DNA from: Candidatus Aenigmatarchaeota archaeon
GTDB lineage: Archaea; Aenigmatarchaeota; Aenigmatarchaeia; QMZP01; QMZT01
Assembly (NCBI GenBank): GCA_963726265.1
Contig: CAVSBQ010000002.1
Span: 288,001 to 352,000, forward strand
Direction: 5' to 3'
Length of the DNA: 64,000 nt
The translations under genes were made by a program, and so were the position numbers. Below, piece after piece: positions 61,125 to 64,000 of the stretch (the first letter of the stretch is position 1; the number at the start of each line of letters is the position of its first letter). Under the pieces are notes generated by a model. That model saw only the letters and a program-made list of their open reading frames with translations. It did not search any database and had not been told where the DNA came from.

Positions 61125-61823
61125 ATGATTATGCAAAGAAACGACGGAAGAAAAGTGGACGAGATGAGGCCGGTGAAGATGAAGGTCGGCGTGCTCAAGC
61201 ACGCGGACGGCTCTGCGCTGGTCAGCATAGGCAAGACAGTCGCGCTCGCGGCGGCATACGGCCCGCGCGAGCTGAACCCGCGCCACATGCAGGAATCCGA
61301 TAGGGCGATACTGCAGTGCAATTACACCATGGCACCATTCTCGACGAAAGAACGCGTCCGACCCGGGCCGTCGAGAAGGAGCACCGAAATCTCGAAAGTC
61401 ACGAGGGAAGCGTTGGAGCCCGCGCTGTTCCTGAAGGACTTCCCGAGGACAACGATAGACGTATACATCGTTATCCTGCAGGCCAATGCAGGCACGAGAA
61501 CCGCGGGCATAAACGCCGCGAGCCTCGCTTTGGCGGATGCGGGCATACAAATGCGCGACCTAGTGACTTCGATAGCGGCAGGGAAGATAGAAGGGCATTA
61601 CGTCCTCGACCTGAACGGGGAAGAGGAAGAGCTGACTGACTGCGACCTGCCCATCGCTTATCTCCCGCGCGAGAAGAAATTCACCCTGATACAGATGGAC
61701 GGCCACATTTCCAAGGAGGACATGAAGAACGTGATAAAGATGGCCGTGAAGGGATGCGAAACGCTTTACGAACATCAACGAAAAGCGTTGCTTGAAAAAT
61801 GGTCAAAGGAGGGATTAGAATGA
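61125..61823 (+). CDS. rrp41: Exosome RNase PH subunit Rrp41
   Basis: RNDGRK, ADGSA, YGPRE, MAPFS, RRSTEIS, AGTR and ALADAGI. Confidence 0.95.
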   Translation: MIMQRNDGRKVDEMRPVKMKVGVLKHADGSALVSIGKTVALAAAYGPRELNPRHMQESDRAILQCNYTMAPFSTKERVRPGPSRRSTEISKVTREALEPALFLKDFPRTTIDVYIVILQANAGTRTAGINAASLALADAGIQMRDLVTSIAAGKIEGHYVLDLNGEEEELTDCDLPIAYLPREKKFTLIQMDGHISKEDMKNVIKMAVKGCETLYEHQRKALLEKWSKEGLE

Positions 61824-62596
61824 GCTTCCAGTCAAAATACATAATCAGCCACGTCTTGAAGGGCATGCGGCTGGACGGCAGAAAACTGCACGATTACAGG
61901 AAGATTGAGATAGAAATAAACCCCATCGAGCAGGCCGAGGGCTCCGCCCGCGTCAAGATCGGCGACACTGAAGTCATCGCGGGAGTGAAGCTCAATGCCG
62001 GCGAGCCTTTCCCCGACACGCCCAACGAAGGCGTGCTGATGGTGAACGCGGAATTCTCGCCCGTCGCGTCGCCGGAATTCGAGCTGGGCCCGCCGAGGGA
62101 GAGCGCCATCGAACTGGCAAGGATTGTCGACCGAGGCATACGAGAATCGAAATGCATAGACGTCGAGAAGCTGTGCATAAAGGAGGGCGAAAAGGTCTGG
62201 ATGGTCATGGTAGACATCCAGCCGCTCAGCCACGACGGGAACCTCATAGACGCGGCAGGCATAGCTGCGATTGCAGCCCTCATGGCTGCCAGGATGCCCA
62301 AGTTCGAGGAGGACAAGGTCGTCTACGAAAAGACGGACGAACCTGTCCCGCTCAGGGACACGCCCGTCCCGGTGACCTGCGTCGTCTTCAACAACAAGCT
62401 AATCCTTGACCCCGGGCTCGACGAAGAAGAAGCCGCCGAAGGCAGGATAACCGTGACGACGACTTCGCAGGGCAACATCTGCGCGATACAGAAGGGAAGC
62501 GTAGGCCTGGTATCGCTTGAGATGCTAGAGGAGGCCGCGGAACTTTCGATTCACAAGGGCAAGGAGATACGCGAGCTCATCAAGAAAAGCTTATAA
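61820..62596 (+). CDS. rrp42: Exosome subunit Rrp42
   Basis: RLDGR, AEGSA, PFPDTPNEG, ELARIVDRGIRES and DGNLID. Confidence 0.95.
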   Translation: MSFQSKYIISHVLKGMRLDGRKLHDYRKIEIEINPIEQAEGSARVKIGDTEVIAGVKLNAGEPFPDTPNEGVLMVNAEFSPVASPEFELGPPRESAIELARIVDRGIRESKCIDVEKLCIKEGEKVWMVMVDIQPLSHDGNLIDAAGIAAIAALMAARMPKFEEDKVVYEKTDEPVPLRDTPVPVTCVVFNNKLILDPGLDEEEAAEGRITVTTTSQGNICAIQKGSVGLVSLEMLEEAAELSIHKGKEIRELIKKSL

Positions 62597-62659
62597 ACAT
62601 AAGAACAGAAAGAATCAAAATCAGCTTTGGACAGCGCGACGCTGCAAGCGAGTGATGAT

Positions 62660-62878
62660 ATGGGAAGGACTAAAAAAGTCGGCTCGAGCGGAAGGTTCGG
62701 AGTAAGATACGGCAAGGGCATAAAGGACAGGCTGATTAAAATCGAGAGAGTGCAGAAGAAGAAGCAGACCTGCCCGCGCTGCCTGAAACCGGGGATGAAA
62801 AGGTTATCGCCCGGCATATGGTTCTGCAAGAGATGCGGCCTGAAGTTCGCCGGTCGTGCCTACGAGCCTGGAGTGTAA
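62660..62878 (+). CDS. rpl37ae: 50S ribosomal protein L37Ae (eL43)
   Basis: GRFGVRYG and CPRC...GIWFCKRC...FAGRAY. Confidence 0.96.
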   Translation: MGRTKKVGSSGRFGVRYGKGIKDRLIKIERVQKKKQTCPRCLKPGMKRLSPGIWFCKRCGLKFAGRAYEPGV

Positions 62879-62917
62879 GCGTCAGGCTGATTCGGATTAC
62901 ATAACGAGGTTGGTCAC

Positions 62918-63079
62918 ATGGTTGACAAAGTCAAGGATTACGGCTACAAGTGCCTCAACTGCGGCAAGCCGGTGGAAATCGACCTGCAGAAGGCGAAGAA
63001 GATAATATGCCCCTACTGCGGCTACAGGATACTCGAGAAGAAGAGGCCTTCTGTCGCGAAAAAGGTCATGGCAAGGTGA
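62918..63079 (+). CDS. rpoP: RNA polymerase subunit P (Rpo12)
   Basis: Hand translation: [53 protein letters not shown]. Below the ORF-track cutoff. Confidence 0.93.
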   Translation: MVDKVKDYGYKCLNCGKPVEIDLQKAKKIICPYCGYRILEKKRPSVAKKVMAR

Positions 63080-63084
63080 TGGGG

Positions 63085-63432
63085 ATGGAAAAGGAAGAAT
63101 CAGGGCAGCTTCTCGGCCAGGCGCAGCTTTACAGCCAGCAGATGCAGAACATCGTCACGCAGAAGACCGCGCTGGCCATCGAGCTCAGCGAGATAAAGAG
63201 GGCGCTCGACGAGATGAAGAAGACGAAGGAGAAAAGCGTCTTCAGGCTCTCCGGCACGATACTGATAAAGACCGACACCGCAGACGTGAAAAAGGACCTG
63301 GAAGAGAAGGAGAACATGATCAGCCTGCGCGCCAAGACGCTGGAGAAGCAGGAGGCGCGCGTGAAGGAAAGGCTTGAAGAGCTGAGGACCAGGCTCATAA
63401 AAGTGCCGAAGGCGAAGGCTTCTGAAGAGTGA
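63085..63432 (+). CDS. pfdB: Prefoldin beta subunit
   Basis: Coiled coil / VFRLSGTILIK hairpin / coiled coil, at its usual position after rpoP. Confidence 0.9.
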   Translation: MEKEESGQLLGQAQLYSQQMQNIVTQKTALAIELSEIKRALDEMKKTKEKSVFRLSGTILIKTDTADVKKDLEEKENMISLRAKTLEKQEARVKERLEELRTRLIKVPKAKASEE

Positions 63433-63445
63433 GACGGTGCGAATC

Positions 63446-63694
63446 ATGGGCAAGATAGACAGGGCCATCGAATTGCTGGAAGAGATAATCAAGGACCGCG
63501 GCGTCCCGAGGAACATCAAGGCCACCATAGAGGATTCGATAAAGGAGATAAGGGTGGAGCAGGAAAGCGACGGCGTCAAAATCTCGACCGTGATAAGCAT
63601 GCTTGACGACGCGTCGAATGACCCGAACATCTCGCTCTACGCGAGGACGAAGATATGGGACGTGGTCTCGAAGCTCGAGGAACTGAGCAAATAA
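63446..63694 (+). CDS. UPF0147 family protein
   Basis: DRGVPRNIK...LDDASNDPN...RTKIW. Confidence 0.88.
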   Translation: MGKIDRAIELLEEIIKDRGVPRNIKATIEDSIKEIRVEQESDGVKISTVISMLDDASNDPNISLYARTKIWDVVSKLEELSK

Positions 63695-63805
63695 AATCGG
63701 AAATGTTCTAGCAAATTAGCTCCAATTAGTAAAGTTTATAATCCAGAGTAGAAAACGCAAATGATGATCACGGAGATCTGGAGCTTATATTTAAGGAATA
63801 CGCCT

Positions 63806-64000
63806 TTATTCTTCCAATACGACCCGAGAGGCAGCATAAGCATTATCATCATTTGGTCCCCAATTTCCTGTTACACAGGCGCGCGCCATGTCGAGATTAC
63901 GCCATCCGAAATTGCCGCGAATTATGTTAATAAATTCACGAGGATTATCAGGTAAATATATGTATGATGTATCAGGCCAGAGTCGGTTTCTTGCCCGTTT
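63806..64000 (-). CDS. C-terminal fragment of a hypothetical protein with a possible CLec/FGE-like fold (5' end outside the window)
   Basis: Open frame from the window edge: KRARNRLWPDTSYIYLPDNPREFINIIRGNFGWRNLDMARACVTGNWGPNDDNAYAASRVVLEE*, stop at 63806-63808. Confidence 0.55.
   Translation of the reverse strand, partial: KRARNRLWPDTSYIYLPDNPREFINIIRGNFGWRNLDMARACVTGNWGPNDDNAYAASRVVLEE

Noticed and set aside
62950..63084. N-terminal extension of prefoldin beta in the ORF track
   Set aside because: This region encodes RpoP in another frame (62918-63079).

Overview
Archaeal chromosomal segment (TBP, EF-1alpha, GatDE, proteasome alpha subunit, exosome and RpoP). Gene content and mostly leaderless TATA-type promoters suggest a DPANN-like lineage, but this is an inference. 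Core genes are GC-rich and are interrupted by short AT-richer islets. The window holds a nearly complete de novo purine pathway (guaB, purA, purF, D, N, H, S, L, Q, E, C, B, M) that uses bacterial-type folate enzymes (purN, purH, folD, folC, 5-formyl-THF cyclo-ligase). It also carries the Gln-tRNA transamidation genes gatD, gatE and gltX, valS, tuf, DNA repair genes (Hef-like helicase, Mre11, HerA-like ATPase), a two-intron tRNA-Arg(TCG) next to a Fic-HTH gene, and the proteasome/exosome superoperon. About a dozen genes carry single-base frameshifts, probably consensus-sequence errors. The most interesting signals are: (1) a small protein / nucleotidyltransferase / HD-hydrolase cassette tightly coupled between gatD and gatE; (2) a PurF whose glutaminase site has degenerated; (3) a tRNA with both a D-loop intron and an anticodon-loop intron; (4) a perfect inverted repeat bracketing the Fic-HTH TATA box; (5) a GluRS with HIGH changed to SIGQ; (6) small Cys-rich ORFs missed by the ORF track; and (7) a CLec/DGR-target-like C-terminus at the right edge. 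All calls come from reading the sequence and recognising motifs; no searches were run.
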